Assembly: GCA_051294905.1 (NCBI GenBank)
Contig: CM119372.1
Location: forward strand, 12,278,001 to 12,342,000
DNA from: Botryllus schlosseri
Taxonomy: Eukaryota
DNA length: 64,000 nt
Direction of reading: 5' to 3'
Part shown: positions 27,120 to 40,964 of the stretch, piece after piece
Position numbering within the stretch: position 1 is the stretch's first letter
How the letters are laid out: each line of letters begins with the position of its first letter
Made by a program: the position numbers and the translations under genes
Notes under the pieces: model-generated
Told to the model about the DNA's origin: nothing
Database searches by the model: none
The model's input: the letters and a program-made list of their open reading frames with translations, nothing else

Positions 27120-30100
27120 CTTGGAGCCGGTATGAGGGATTATAGGTATTGTCAGCGGTTCATCCGCGTCGATGAATGGATACTGAGCTGCTAAAAATTG
27201 ATTTCGGCAACAGATATGTGGATGACCAATTGACCATTGACCATTGTTTTGGCAGGGAATCGGTACGGTACGGTGCGATCAAATTTGCCTCGTTTTTCGT
27301 GTCGTGCTTTAGTGTGATCAAATATCGTACTCTGAATGGAGGCGTAAGACAGCCATGCCCACTCCAAATTTCCGTATTTTGCATTATGACGCCATTCGTT
27401 TTCACCACAAAAAATAATTTTCCAGGCTTCATGAAGTTGGACGCTGGTTCATTCGCTGAACGCGCGTAAATAGAAAAGATGGGATATTCTGAATTTACCT
27501 TACTCCAACAATACTATCTCTATGAAACGGAATAAGATAGATCAGGCTAACCCGTGCTTCTGGAGTAAAACGTCGACGTAGACTATTACGAAGAATTAAC
27601 ATCATTTCTCGTACGTAATCGTACCATCAATACATATGCGTAGACGCGTTGTGGTATGCAGTAGAACTTCACCAACTCGGAATAAATATGCCCTTACTGC
27701 AATTATATGCGTGTCTCTAGAGTGAAGCGGTTACCAAACTGGGTGCACATTTCACGGTTCTTCTCTCAGCGCATGGGAATGAAAAGCACAGCAGATTCGG
27801 CAAATAGCCAGTCAATTGTCGACCACGTTCAATGAATACCCTACTAAAATGCCCCAATGGCAGAATTACTATACCTGCGGGCGTATATTCCGCTGATATG
27901 AGAATGCGATTAAAATTTGCGCACAAGCCACAATACAGAATATAAGAGAACACAGCCACAGATGAAGTTCCGCATTCCTTGAAAGTTATTCGCTCGAAAT
28001 TCCTTTGAGTACATACAAATTTATAAATCTCTATCTATCATCAAGCCTATAATTGCCTCGTGAATAATTATAATATTATTATTATGATATTATAATTTTC
28101 GGTCCACACCCTTGTGTTCAGTGGTATACAACGAAAGGATATATGATTTATGTTCGTAATGGTTTTAGGGCGTTTTTAAAGCTTCTGATTTCCAGACACG
28201 TTGGTTTAATCTGAAGTCATAACCACCGTTCATTTTGTTCTTTATACGATGCTCTGCGCACAGTTTGCAATTGACCACATAGCGACAACTAATCATCGCA
28301 CTATGAGAGATAATAAGCTGTCCGTCGATAGTAAATTAAGGACAGAGTCATTCATCTGGTGTAAATGACAATATCATTCGATCTCCCGTAAATTGTTACC
28401 TTGAAAAGCATATGTAATACATTGCTAATCAACTCAACTCGTTTTACGGTGTTCTCGATAATAGGTTCCATGGTTTCCACGCTATAGGCGTTCGGCATTC
28501 CGGTATTTCGCGAAGATAAAAATGATGGTGCTGAGTCTGCTGACTCGATAACCTTGTGATTGCTTAGCACCTCAATCGTCAAAACAGACTAAAGTATATT
28601 TCCTTCCTCTCCGCGTTCTTCAATCGGCATCGCGATATCGCCTATCTGCAGTAGCTAGTAGGCCTATGTGCCACGGTTTTATAAAGTGAGTGAAATCAAA
28701 AGACACAGTGTTCACATAAAAAATGTTCCGCGTTTTCCATTTTAAACAAACTGCATTTCGTAATTCCATATCAATAGGCCTCTCTTGAAATTTGCAAAAT
28801 TAATAATTCAATTAGGTGCCGCGAGTGTTATTTTCAAAGGACCCAGTCAACAGAAAATGTTTTGGAACCGCAGCTCTAGAATATAGATTTGAACAAACAT
28901 CCTTCTACCTACATGTATAAAGAATAAAGACACTTCGAAGGAGTGTTGTGCGCTGTCGAGATCTGAAATTGAATGTCACACGAACTCCCTAATTCGCCCC
29001 ATGACATCAATCATTTTATTCGGCGGCGCAGTCAGTGTGATATTTATTTGTTGTTTGTGGCGTTCCCTCCTTCACCATTGCTGTGACGCCACTTTAATTA
29101 AGTATATTGTAATGTAAAATTCAACGGAAATAGAGTCGAATAGCAGTAGACATCGCGAGTGGTCACTGGGATGGGATTATGTTCATAGTCGCGCAAAGCG
29201 TTCAAATTTTTTTCAGATTCACTAATGAATTTCGTCTTCAATATTAGTAGTGTTACATATTACTGTCAAACATCTATCCTTTCTCAGACCATGTGATCAG
29301 ACTCACCGGCAGAGTTGATGAAGGGGATGTTTTCAAAAATTCAGGGAAAGTTATAAATGATGATGCATCTTCGGGTGGACCAATTGTTATTAGTCACTTT
29401 GTTGCATGCTGTTATTTCTTGACCTTCCATCAGGATTGTCGGTATAGTGAGGAGAGCGCGGATTCCGAGTTGGTATTTTTATATGAGGTGCATCATTATC
29501 CGCTGCTGTTCAAATCTGTACTGTGGTGCTCTGATTGCAAAAAGCGCTACTATATTAAAATCGAAAAATGAAGTCACATTGAATCGCGCGAAGCGCAAAG
29601 AAAAGTTCAAGAAAAATCTCTCAAGAAATCGGTAGCCAATTCGTAAATTCAAACTGCATGTCGACGGCCGCCAACACATACTATTTGAATTACGTGTCCA
29701 CGGCCGCACAAATCCCCTTCTACGGCCGTACGGCCGCAGGTTGGCGACCCCTGAATTAAATCAATCGTGACTCTGCATTCTATTACGAAAATCAATCACA
29801 ATGCGCATGTTTCCATACGGGACATATATTTTGACATATCCTGAAAAAGTATACTACGTGAAGGGAATTACGACCTATTATCCGCCCTGAGAATTCACCT
29901 GTCTCATCCGGAAGCAAATGCGCTGAAAACTAAATCATTCTGCAGTCTAACATATAACAGAAAATATTCACGATTGCTCCATTGCTCTAAATAATTGATG
30001 CGTGTCGTGGCCTACATGCATAAAGCAAATTGAACAACACAATTTGACAGAAGAAGCGATGGAAATTTGGGCAACCGGCACTTCCCTGACTATATGTGAA

Positions 30101-31663
30101 GATACAGATATACGCTTGATATCGCACAGTCGCAATAAGCTCATGCCGATAGGCAAAGCGACATTTGCAATCATTAATTCCAATGAAATCATGCTTTGCT
30201 ACAGGTCACTGGTGTTAGATAGAGCGATGCGTAAGTCAATGTGAATCCGGATTAGATATTTGCTAGTCACGGCCATTAACTTTATTCACTGAGATCGAAT
30301 TCCTCAATAGCCTTACTGCATCAGCACCTTTAAAATCAATATCCGCCCGAAGTGGGTTCATGGAATAAAGCCACCACCTCGCAGGCTTCCGGTAATACGC
30401 AACCAGCGCACCTTTTCGACGCTGAAGCCTGTGAAATCCTATTACTCCAAACCACATTGTGTAGAATTTGAGAGAAACGCTGATCGGATCCAATACTAAC
30501 CCCGCGTGGTAGAAATTCTGTGTCTGCCAACGACGAATGGCAATGTTGCCAGTGATGCGGAAAATTGATTTTAAACTCATGCAAACTAATTTAATGCGAT
30601 ATCATCTGCATATTATATACCATCATAGCTTTCTACATCATACGACTCCGCGTCTACGGACGTATCGAGAATGCAACTCTAAGTACTTATATCCATTTAA
30701 ACGACCTCAATCACAACGAAGGATTTTCACTGCCGAGATACGAAAGAACTCGTACATTATTTATGCAGTGATCCAATTAGAAACAATAGACATTTGCGTG
30801 ATACGTTTACTGGAACATTCAATGACTAAAACCACGCTGCACAGCTGTCATACATCGACGTTTGGAAGTCAAGCCATGCTTAATGCAGATCCAACAAAAC
30901 TTGCATGAGGTTGGCATCGCGATATAGTACTTAGGATGCATCGATTTTGATGTTTACTAAATTAACGTAATCCAACAATTATAGCATTATGGTAAAGGGA
31001 AATTTGGTTTTGCTCCGCCATAACATTTTCTCCGTAGTGAGGTGAAACATCACTCAGGTAAGCTGCCAATATGTCCAATAGGATACGACGCGAATATTTC
31101 TTGACTTATACGTAGAGATGGTGCGAACCCCTGAAAGCTTCTGGTTCGTATGAACGCGAACCTTTTCAAAAGGTTCTGTGTGAACGCGAACGTGAACCTA
31201 TGACGTCATGTGACATCGTATTGCTAATGCCAACCCTACATTTCCAATCAATCAATGTACGTTACATGATAATTAGCGACGACACAGGCCATATTATGCC
31301 ACATTGCGAAACTATATGCTTATTTTTTAAACGTCACCTGTATCAACTGAAACAATGAAATGCTAAAATAATTCCACAAAATCGCTTAGCCAAAAATTTC
31401 GAAGAGGACTCGGCTAGACCGGGCATGTGTATTCAAATGAGTGAGACACTGGTTTCTATATAGGCAACGGAAGTCGGTAAATCAGTTCCGTCACTTCGGG
31501 AAAACGATTGCCTCAAATGGCCGTGACGGTCGGGCTGTGGCACTAAACCGGTGTCAGGAGTCGACCGGATTGGGCAAACGCCGGCCTCTTGCCTACACTT
31601 GGACTTCCGCAGATGTGCCTGCCTCGGGATTCGGTGAATCCGACCGTATTTATTGCATATTAT

Positions 31664-31932
31664 AGTGGCGAGATAGCGTAGTGGTATAATCCACAGCTAC
31701 AACACCAATGGATTGCGGGTTCGAGTCCGACCGAGGTCGACTCCAGAATTCTTACCTGAGTGTTGAAGGTTTATCTAGGCTCCTCGCCATCTCATCCGTG
31801 TGTATATGGTGTCTTATAAAAGCCTAGAAGTGGGCAATGCTACAAGTCGACAGCTACGAATAAACTGAATAAAATTGGCCTGCTGTAAATAACCATAGTA
31901 GTCGGAAAACACCATGAATACCAGAAACAACA
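31664..31932 (+). mobile_element. full-length tRNA-derived SINE (family 1)
   Basis: A box tagcgtagtgg, B box ggttcgagtcc, A/C-rich tail, 13-bp TSD tattgcatattat (31651-31663 / 31933-31945). Confidence 0.85.
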
Positions 31933-32252
31933 TATTGCATATTATGTATCGGCGACATCTAACTAAAAATCAGTTCCGTAATAGGCCTATATGTGCCTAC
32001 GATTATTGTCACGCCGAGCATTAATATCCTGCAACAGGATTGTCCAAACCGCTGGTACCCGGGCTGCATGTGACCTGGTAGACGATTTGTTGCCGCCTGT
32101 GAATGCAATCCCAGATTCCCGACAAAATTGAAAATTCATCAACCCTTGTTAACATATTTCCCCCGGTTCTCGAGGAATCAAGTTCCGTGTTTGTTCCGTG
32201 TTCCAGCATCCCCTGTATATATAAGATATTGCCGGCGTTGTAGTCATTAAAG

Positions 32253-33900
32253 CAGTGGTCGGGAACCTTTTTCGTCCGAAGAGCCATATTGACCCTATAT
32301 TTTCCATTTTAACTCCCAAAGAGCCATACATGTCAATCAACTATTACGTCACAATTGAAAAATCGTGACGTCATGGTAGCACAAATTCGAAATAAATACA
32401 TGGAATTCGTCGTTTGCAACTATTTCCTCGGTAAAAACTCGTACTAATCATGCTGATGGTCTTATTTGAGTAATCTGTATACTAAACTTGAGTTACACAG
32501 ATCTTTTGCAAGTTATATATTTTTAATCGTTGCACTGAGTGGCCTGTGATATTTTTCGAAGCTCAAGACAATTAACACTTAGAATTCCAACAGAAGTAGA
32601 CAACAGTAAAAGTATGAATATACTTTACACGCTTTTGACAGTTAATACATATTTTGGTGTTGCATGTTATTCCTGATGGCTTTGTAATCTGGTTGATGAT
32701 TTATGTTCATACAAAATTTGAGACTTTATTCAGTTATACGAGATCGTAGGTTCGTCTTGATGCGAGGATCCATTGATGACATGCGTAAAGTGGAGCCAAA
32801 CATGGTCACTATACAGCAGTATACATACACACTGTGATGTGTCAGTGACATGGGGTCAGTGGAGGCACTACTAGATTTTGAACATTTTTACTACCAAATT
32901 GTTCAAAAATAAAGCGCGAAAGGAGAGGTAAAGCATATGTGAGGCACGACCGGGCCATGCCTTACCTGTGATAGCGCAATTCGTCGTAAATATCTTAGAA
33001 TTTATAATAACTGATATTAATCGAATGTAATTGTCGCACTGATTTCGATTCGATTTCTCAATTCTCAGAGTATTCGGTGGTTTTGTTTGTTTGTTTTTTT
33101 GGGGTATTCATGGTGTTTATCGACTACTATGGTCATTTACACCAGGCCGATATTCTTCTTATATTCCGTTACTGCCGACTTATAGCACGGCCCACCTCAA
33201 GGCTTTTTGTAAGACACCGCTGACGCGGATGAGGTGGCGAGGAGGAGCCTAGGTAAACCTCCAACACTTAGGTGTCGTAATTCGTAAGTCGACCTCGGTC
33301 GGACTCGAACCCGCACCCATTGGTGTTGCAGCCGCGGATTATACCACTGCGCTATATCGCCACGAGAGTATTCGTTGGGAACATAACGTTCCGCCACGCC
33401 TATTTTTTAACAGCGACTACAAAGCTACGTTATCAATCAATAACGTGGATCGATATGGCGTTGTTTGTAATTTGAATTTGTAATCTCACTTCCACCCACG
33501 ACAGTTCATTTCTCGCCGTAGATCAGGAAGAAAATGTGTATTTGAAAACTGCATTGTGATACAGGCGCCGCCGTGTCTCAGTCTCTTTGATCAATCAACG
33601 TATCGTGCAATCCATGATTTCGTGGCGGGTATATCGAAATCCGGAGTGATATTGTTTGCATGCGATACAGCACCTTAAATTTGAGGATTTTGAAAAGGGG
33701 GCCCGAACCCCAAACCCTGAATACGCAACTGTACAAACATCTCAAAGACAAGAATAATTATGCTGCTGGTGCTGAAGATTTAATAATAAATTGCTGCAGT
33801 TTTGATAAATTAAGCACAAAAACAGAAATTTCGAAAAGAGCCATATCTTATGCCCAAAAGAGCCATATATGGCTCGCGAGCCATTGGTTCCCGACCACTG
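32253..33900. mobile_element. non-autonomous hAT (Buster/Charlie-like) element with a transposase relic
   Basis: TIR cagtggtcgggaacc / ggttcccgaccactg; perfect TSD cattaaag; minus strand ~32645-32815 reads IVTMFGST...IKTNLRSRITE...PDYKAI..NMQHQ (Buster-type C-terminus). Confidence 0.85.
33081..33364 (-). mobile_element. full-length tRNA-derived SINE (family 1) nested in the hAT element
   Basis: Minus strand gtggcgatatagcgcagtggtata...ggttcgagtcc; TSD agagtattcg(g/t)tgg. Confidence 0.85.
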
Positions 33901-36363
33901 CATTAAAGAGTACGCTTGCTGGAATATGTCGCTGACGATGTGAATGGAGTGAAATGTCCCATCATAATCCTATAACAAATTGTTGGTTAAATTCTAATAA
34001 ATACTGGGTTAATTGTGCGCTCACAAGGTCCCCTTTATTCGCACACGTTGTTGTCAGGCTGTTCCGTGAATCTTCTGAGCCCAGATGCTCGGATTACTGT
34101 GAAATTCTTCTAGTTCGAAAAGAAGTGTTTGCAAGAACCTTGCAAGGTTAGTTTGCAAGCATGAACGTAAACAGGACATTCGCACCATCCTCGTGACTGT
34201 ACCAGTGGTTATTAACCCTTTTTCTTTTTCGCACCTTTTCAAAAATTGCCTAGGTCTAGCGCCCCTCCCCTTATCTTAAGGACTATAGTAAAAATAACAA
34301 TGGATGAGAAATCGAAGTCCGATCGGTCTTCGGTAGGTTGGGACTTTACTATTGGAAATATTTAGTGCTTGAATCACGCACGAGGACCACTCGACTAATT
34401 AACGATATAATAATTGTATGTGCTATTATAGAAAACTAACCTACGAATAGATACGCAACACCCGTCGTCACGCTTGCTTGCCCGGAGGGAATTACTGCTC
34501 AGCAATCTGAACGCAACATAACTGCTAATGCCATAGCTGACGACCCGCGTGATTAAATTCAATAAAGTTGATCTTATTTGAAAGCTACTGTCGCACTGAT
34601 TCCGAAAGTATACATTAAAATCTAATCAGGGCAATGGAACCCCCTTGATATACACCTCAAAGTCTGAAAATCGGCATTGTTCTGAACTATGTGTAGATAA
34701 AATGTAAATACCCCAAGTCTACGCACACAGAGAACGAATCTACCCAAGACACGCGCGAATCGTTTTTAATAAGCACATGACTGAAATAATTAAACCTGGA
34801 ATGGCCCATCTGAAATCACACTCGTGATCCGAATTATGCCAATCTCTATTTGGATTTCTGTGATGTTTAGCAGTTGCGACCTTTCAAACTGCGTGGGCCT
34901 TAAGATCGGGCTGTGGCGGGCCGTAGTTTGGCAACCCCCGAGTTAACTGGTAACGGGTATTGCGCATGTGTCTCCGTAAATATGTAGACTGTGCTGTATA
35001 TAATGTTTAACAAATGCGTCTATTCCCCACCAGAAACCATTAAATTCCCCACCAGTGGTGAATTCCCCACCGTTTGTGAATCACGGCTGTATACTATATA
35101 ATCATTAATCCTGTATGTCCCTACTACACCATCTATACTGCACAGACATTTTTCTTCGGCGCCCCATACCGTCCGCTGATCCCAGCGCCCCCATATCGCC
35201 CCCTGAGCGTTTCCACCCCTTCACCATCTAATTGGTCCCCTGGGGTGAAGCCCAGGTTAAGAATCACTGGACTATACAATACACTGCTCTCTATTGTGCT
35301 AATAGAAACAATCTACAATATAGTCTCTCTCCCTCTAGTAACACTTAACGGAATGGAATTGCAGGTACACGAGAAGCCGCGTTTCTTCGAGTCATCATCA
35401 CTGGGTTGCTTATATGCCGCCACAATACCGTGCTCTTCCAATCACCTCTCGATCCTTTTGTGGGTGCGCAGCAGCGACACTGAGAGGTGAGTAGTTAAAC
35501 AGAATTTTTGCCCTTCAAAGAAAGGTTAATGAATATGATAGTATTTGCCCTCTTGGAGCTTTGCTCAAATGGACTTGTGATTTGACAAACAATGACTACG
35601 GAACATATTGGTAAGTTTCAATTATAACCTTTGCACAGATTCATTAAGCTTTCCAAACCGTGGCAAATGGGAATGGGAAGGTGTGACGATGGCGCTCAAG
35701 TAACAACACATTTCGTCGATCCACACCTCAAAGTAACGAGAGTCCGATCCCAAATCAACAGATACAACAAATGAAGTGGGACGTCAGGTAGGCCTATACT
35801 TTTACTATAGTGAGATTGGAGATATGTTTCGGTTTTAGCGGGCAGACTGAATCGACCTTTCGTATCAATAGACACATAATGCAGGTAGACATATACCATA
35901 GCGTAAGCAGAAACGCGTTCTATATCATAAATAACATATGCAACAGAATTACGGATATACTGTGACAGTAATCATTTATAGCTATTGGAATTAAACATGC
36001 GAGTGATGTATAAGTGCCACGGCTTATCCGGGAGCTGCAAAGTGCAGACATGACGGAGATCCTTGCCGATATTTCGAAAATCGGCGGCATCCAGAGACAA
36101 ACGGGGGCGCCGACTAGATGACCTCACGGCCGTATCGCAACTCCGTCGTCAAAGCATCTCGATGGTGCAGGCGAAAAAGAATATCATATCTCTCTGAGTC
36201 CACATTGAGACGACGCTTTGGGAGTCAGAGTGGCGAAGCAGAGGACGCCGACAGGAAGAATCGAAACGATTATGCCAAAGTGAGAAACGAATATGCGAAA
36301 TATTGGACTTAAGAACCACCAGCATGACCATGCTATAGTTTGTGTGGTTATCTCTGCCTAGGT

Positions 36364-38112
36364 TAGAGTTACCATATTTTCGTGGCCCAAATTCCGGACA
36401 CTATTTAGCGGCGCCTAGCGGGCAGACTTGGACAACTAGATAATTCTAGTTATCTAATTTCACTAAATTAGAGCAAAATGCCAGTAATCTAATCCTAATC
36501 TAATTTGTGAAATGTATCTATGCTCTAATTCTAATTCTAATCTAATTTGTGAAATGTTCCTGTGCTCTAATTTCAATTTTAATCTAATTTGCCAAGTGTT
36601 TCCACACTCTAATTTTAGTTCTAATCTAATTTAATGTTTTTCTGAAAATGCCTCTCTTAATTTTCTCAGGATTTTGAAGTGAGTTAACAAGAATATCCCT
36701 CTCACTCAGGGAAATCCAGGGCCAAGCGGCCTATCAGGACTAGCGCTAGCGAATAGCTTATTTTGAAACAACTACAATAATTTGAAACTGAAATCAATTT
36801 TAGTATTTCAAAATTCTTTACTTCGTGTTGGTGACCCCTGGTATAGTGAAAAACGCGCCAAGCTTGGTGTACAGGCGTTGACCATTCTCATGCTCATGGG
36901 AATACACTGTGATTAGATATGAACTGAACTTGATTTGCTGTATTTATTTCTTATTCACAATTTCATTGAATTTCCAAGTTTTTGCGAATTCTAATTCTAA
37001 TTCTAATCTAATTTGGAAAAGCAGAAAACTTTCTAGTTGTCCAAGTGTGCTAGCGGGTTTTAAAATTAGATATGAACACATATGACGTCACAGTAGCAAT
37101 GCTGTGCCTAACGATACTATACAGGAGTGGATTTTTTAAACTTAGGTCTTGAATTAACTGGATTATTGGGCCCTCTCGTGTTTGAGCTCTGGTAATTGCT
37201 GTAGGGTCGGTATTCTCATTTCGTCTGTAACGGACTTCAGGGTCGGGTGAAATTGTCTGGACAGCCGGCCGTGTGTTTGACAGCTCTGCTATACTGTTTG
37301 GTTGGTACAGATCTGTGACTGTGTGTTGTAGCCAGTACTGAAACTACACCACTTTAAGCCAACTCCCGCCCCAAAAACACTGGCTTGGGCGTACCATAAG
37401 GTATGTGTATCTGGTTGCTAAATTTTGTGAATGAATTCTGTCAATAATATTGCTTCTTCCACATATCACTATGACATTTTTATCTTCTATATCAGCCCAC
37501 GTGATCAAGCTAGCGGTAGAGCTGGTGGAGTTGATGGCTTTGAAAGTACAGATAACGTATTGTACATCGCTAAGTCATGTTCATATCACACGGATAAGAC
37601 CGGAATTAAGGCCGAACTTACTAAAATATGGTCAGCACCTTTGCCCAGACTTAATCACAGCCTATGCTAAAAGTTGATTAAGTTAAACATCTTCGCGATC
37701 CCCGAAAAGGCCAAGCTTAAGAATCACTATCTTTGACTATTGAAGCATCAAACGGTCTTACAGACACTAGGAATATACGGTTCTCCTAAAATTGCGATTA
37801 CAAATAGTCTTATTACAATATGATAGTTATTTTAATATATTTTTTATTGTAGTTTTTGCGAGGACAGGGGTACCCAATACCCATACTAAAATGTGACACT
37901 AAATCGCGCGTAGCGCGACGAAAGATTCCAAGAAGCATAAATCTTCCCCAATTAATGCTATTGCTCATGTTGATTTACGTAAAAAAATTCAGATCCCTTC
38001 AAGCCTTCAAAATTCCGGACATTTAGGCATATTTCAGCAATTCCTCTCGGATGCAGTTTAAACGGTGAAATTCCGGACATGTCCGGGAAATTCCGGATGT
38101 ATGGCGACCCCA
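36364..38112. mobile_element. non-autonomous hAT element (TCCGGACA subterminal motif)
   Basis: Ends tagagttaccata / tatggcgacccca; perfect TSD gcctaggt. Confidence 0.85.
36423..37049. mobile_element. hAT MITE (CTAATT/CTAATC repeats) nested in 36364-38112
   Basis: TIR cagacttggacaactaga / tctagttgtccaagtgtg; perfect TSD ctagcggg. Confidence 0.9.
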
Positions 38113-40345
38113 GCCTAGGTCTCTAGGAATAAGGCGTGATCACGCTGGAACAATGTGCTTTTCACATTTTCAAATTTTGGTTGCACTATAAGGTCATCGT
38201 GTTTATGGCGTCACAAAAACACGATGTTGATATAGTTCACTACGGACGTGACGTGTAACATGGTACTTAACTTTACCATTAAAGTCCTGTCAGTCTTCTG
38301 CGTCATTAGGACTAATAAATCCTAATTCCATACGTTCATTTTCATATTGTAAGCAAATAAAACATTTTGCCTCCATAAATTAAGTAATGATGTCGTGCAG
38401 CTGTCGTCATGCATAATATTTATTGCAATTTTCTGTCAGCTTAAAAACCTATATGCGAAGGTATCCACTACGGTCAGTATTAATGTACTAATACTAAAGT
38501 TTTTCCTAGGTACTCCAGTAACAACTTAATATGGCTGTGTTTTTCATTATAATTATATTTCCCGTTAATACATTTTGTGTTACATAATTTTGCATTCAAA
38601 ATATATACAATTCAGACATGGGGCGATGTATCATCAATATAATCGGTTGCGATTACGATTACTTCCGAAATACGATTATGAGTACGGCAAAAATGTCAAA
38701 GTAGTCGATTACGATTACATGGACAAGATAATCACGATTACTTACGATTACATTTATTTTCCTTACCTGAACTTGAGCCTGGAATGCATATAAAAATAAC
38801 GATATACAATATAACGATCGCGATTAGACTGCCTAATGATATAATATGTTTTGGAAAACGTGACACTAATTGCTTGTTAAGTCAAAATATATCAGTTGCC
38901 CAACTTTGTAGCTGACGATTCGCTTACCCAAAGATTTTCATTTTTGCTGCAACCTATGCTAACATGGTGTATAATGACGGATCGATGGCGGCAGGTAGAG
39001 TAAATGATATCGAGGTGACGATTGGTGCCCGTTCCAAGTATGGCCATTGGCCATAGGAGAAAAAGATGAAATGTAGGCCTACATCAAATTCTGCAATAGT
39101 GATTAGTGCTTCTCGTCGTTGAACAAACACACGTATACCTACTAAAGACGTACAGGGTCTTGATTTTGGATTCTCAGTTTCCATGTTACGGGATTGGGTC
39201 CGGATTGACATTTATCGCCCGAGTGCCGAATCCGGACAGGGCCGGATTCAAAATTCCCAGTGCATGGAAGTGGCTTTCTATTTGTTTGTTCCGATGTTTT
39301 GTATGAACTTCAACTCGACAGGTTTATGTATTGTATTACTATTTCGATAAGTCCGCAATAGCAAAATTCAATGCAGTGGTGAACAGACATGGGGTGATTA
39401 CTTCACGAATGTAATCGATTGCGATTACGATTACTTGTGAATCCCGCGATTACGATTACGATTACGATTACAGCAAAATCAGGAAGTAGTCGATTACGAT
39501 TACGATTACATTTCAAATGTAATCACGATTACTCACGATTACATCTGTTTCCCTTCTCGAAGAACTAATTTCAGAAGACATATTGGAAGACAATATAAGG
39601 CTTGCGATGAAAAGGTCTAATGAGATAACAACTTTCTTTATATATCATACGTCATTTGCTTGTTACGTCATAATGTACCCATTGCCCAACTCTATGCAGG
39701 ACTATTCGTCGCACCCAACAATTTGCATTCTTGCCAGGTCCGTAACTGCAACACCCCAAACTCACCAATAGGACCGGAAGCGAGCTCCAAGGGGACTCAA
39801 AAGTATTTCGTAAATCAACATAAATTATTATAGAGTATTTTCAAGAGAGTTTATTTACTTGAAAATTTTCTTCGAGCTTCGGGATTTGATGTCTCTAAAT
39901 AGCTTGATTTTGAAATGCATACCTCTCCGCCCCAAGAAAAAAAAGCATGCATAATTTATAGGAATAGGCATTTCGGTGTCAGTAGCCGCGTTCTGTGGGC
40001 GTTACGAATAGTCCGGTCCTTCCAATCTGAGCCCCAACAATGCAAATACCACCCACAGAGGAGTGAATACAAAAGAATTTGTGTGTGCGTCTCACGAAAG
40101 TTTTTTTTTAATCTGCCACGTTTGGGCGACTACAGTATCTTTTGATTATATAAAAGACGGGAGGTCACGAATTAACAACATACAATAAAGTAATTATAAC
40201 AACATACCAGATGCTATAGTTATGAATTAGGTGCCCCAGCTCTACGGGTAAATCTGAATGAATAGCAATATAATGCAATTACCAATATTATTGACGAAAT
40301 TAAGTCATCAACTTGAACACTTACACCCTATGAGGCCCCAATACC

Positions 40346-40881
40346 CATGGTTGTAATGACTCGAGTCCAACTCGAGTCGCGAATTTTCGGTGACTAGACT
40401 TGACTCAAGTCATATTTTTAAATGCGTAAATTGACTCGTTTCGAGTCAATTTTTGTATTGGCTCGGCATGTACTCGATTCATTTTGGATGACTCGAACCA
40501 AGTCATATGACTCGAGACAGACATTCCATGTAACTTCGAAGAATAGTAAAGTTATCACATTATTTGTAATTCGTCTATCAGTTCTGATACTTGGAAATAG
40601 CGCCGTAAACTGTGAAAACTGATGAAGATTACTATATTATGAATACGAGCCATTTCATATCACTCAAGCAGAGTTGGAAAAAGTGGGTTCAACCGGAGAG
40701 ACCTGAAAACTGATCTCTGAACATAACGACTTGGACTCGTACTCGAGTCAAACACTATGACTCGGACTCGACCCTATGCTAGCTGACTTGGACTCGGACT
40801 TGACTCCGGGATGAATTGAAAATGACTTGACTTGACTCGAGTCAAGACTATAAAAGTGAGATTGACTTGGTTACAACCCTA
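40346..40881. mobile_element. hAT MITE with GACTCGAGTC repeats (inverted copy of 26525-27119)
   Basis: catggttgtaatgactcgagtc / ggttacaacccta; degenerate TSD ccaatacc/tcaatatc. Confidence 0.8.
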
Positions 40882-40964
40882 TCAATATCAACGTTTGGAG
40901 TGGAGGACGAATTGCTGTTTTGGTCCTGATTGTACCTACCTACAACCCACGCTAACATGGTGTC

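Noticed and set aside
31665..31735. tRNA gene (also at 33290-33364 and 60589-60655)
   Set aside because: No proper acceptor stem; each continues into a shared SINE body with a tail and TSD
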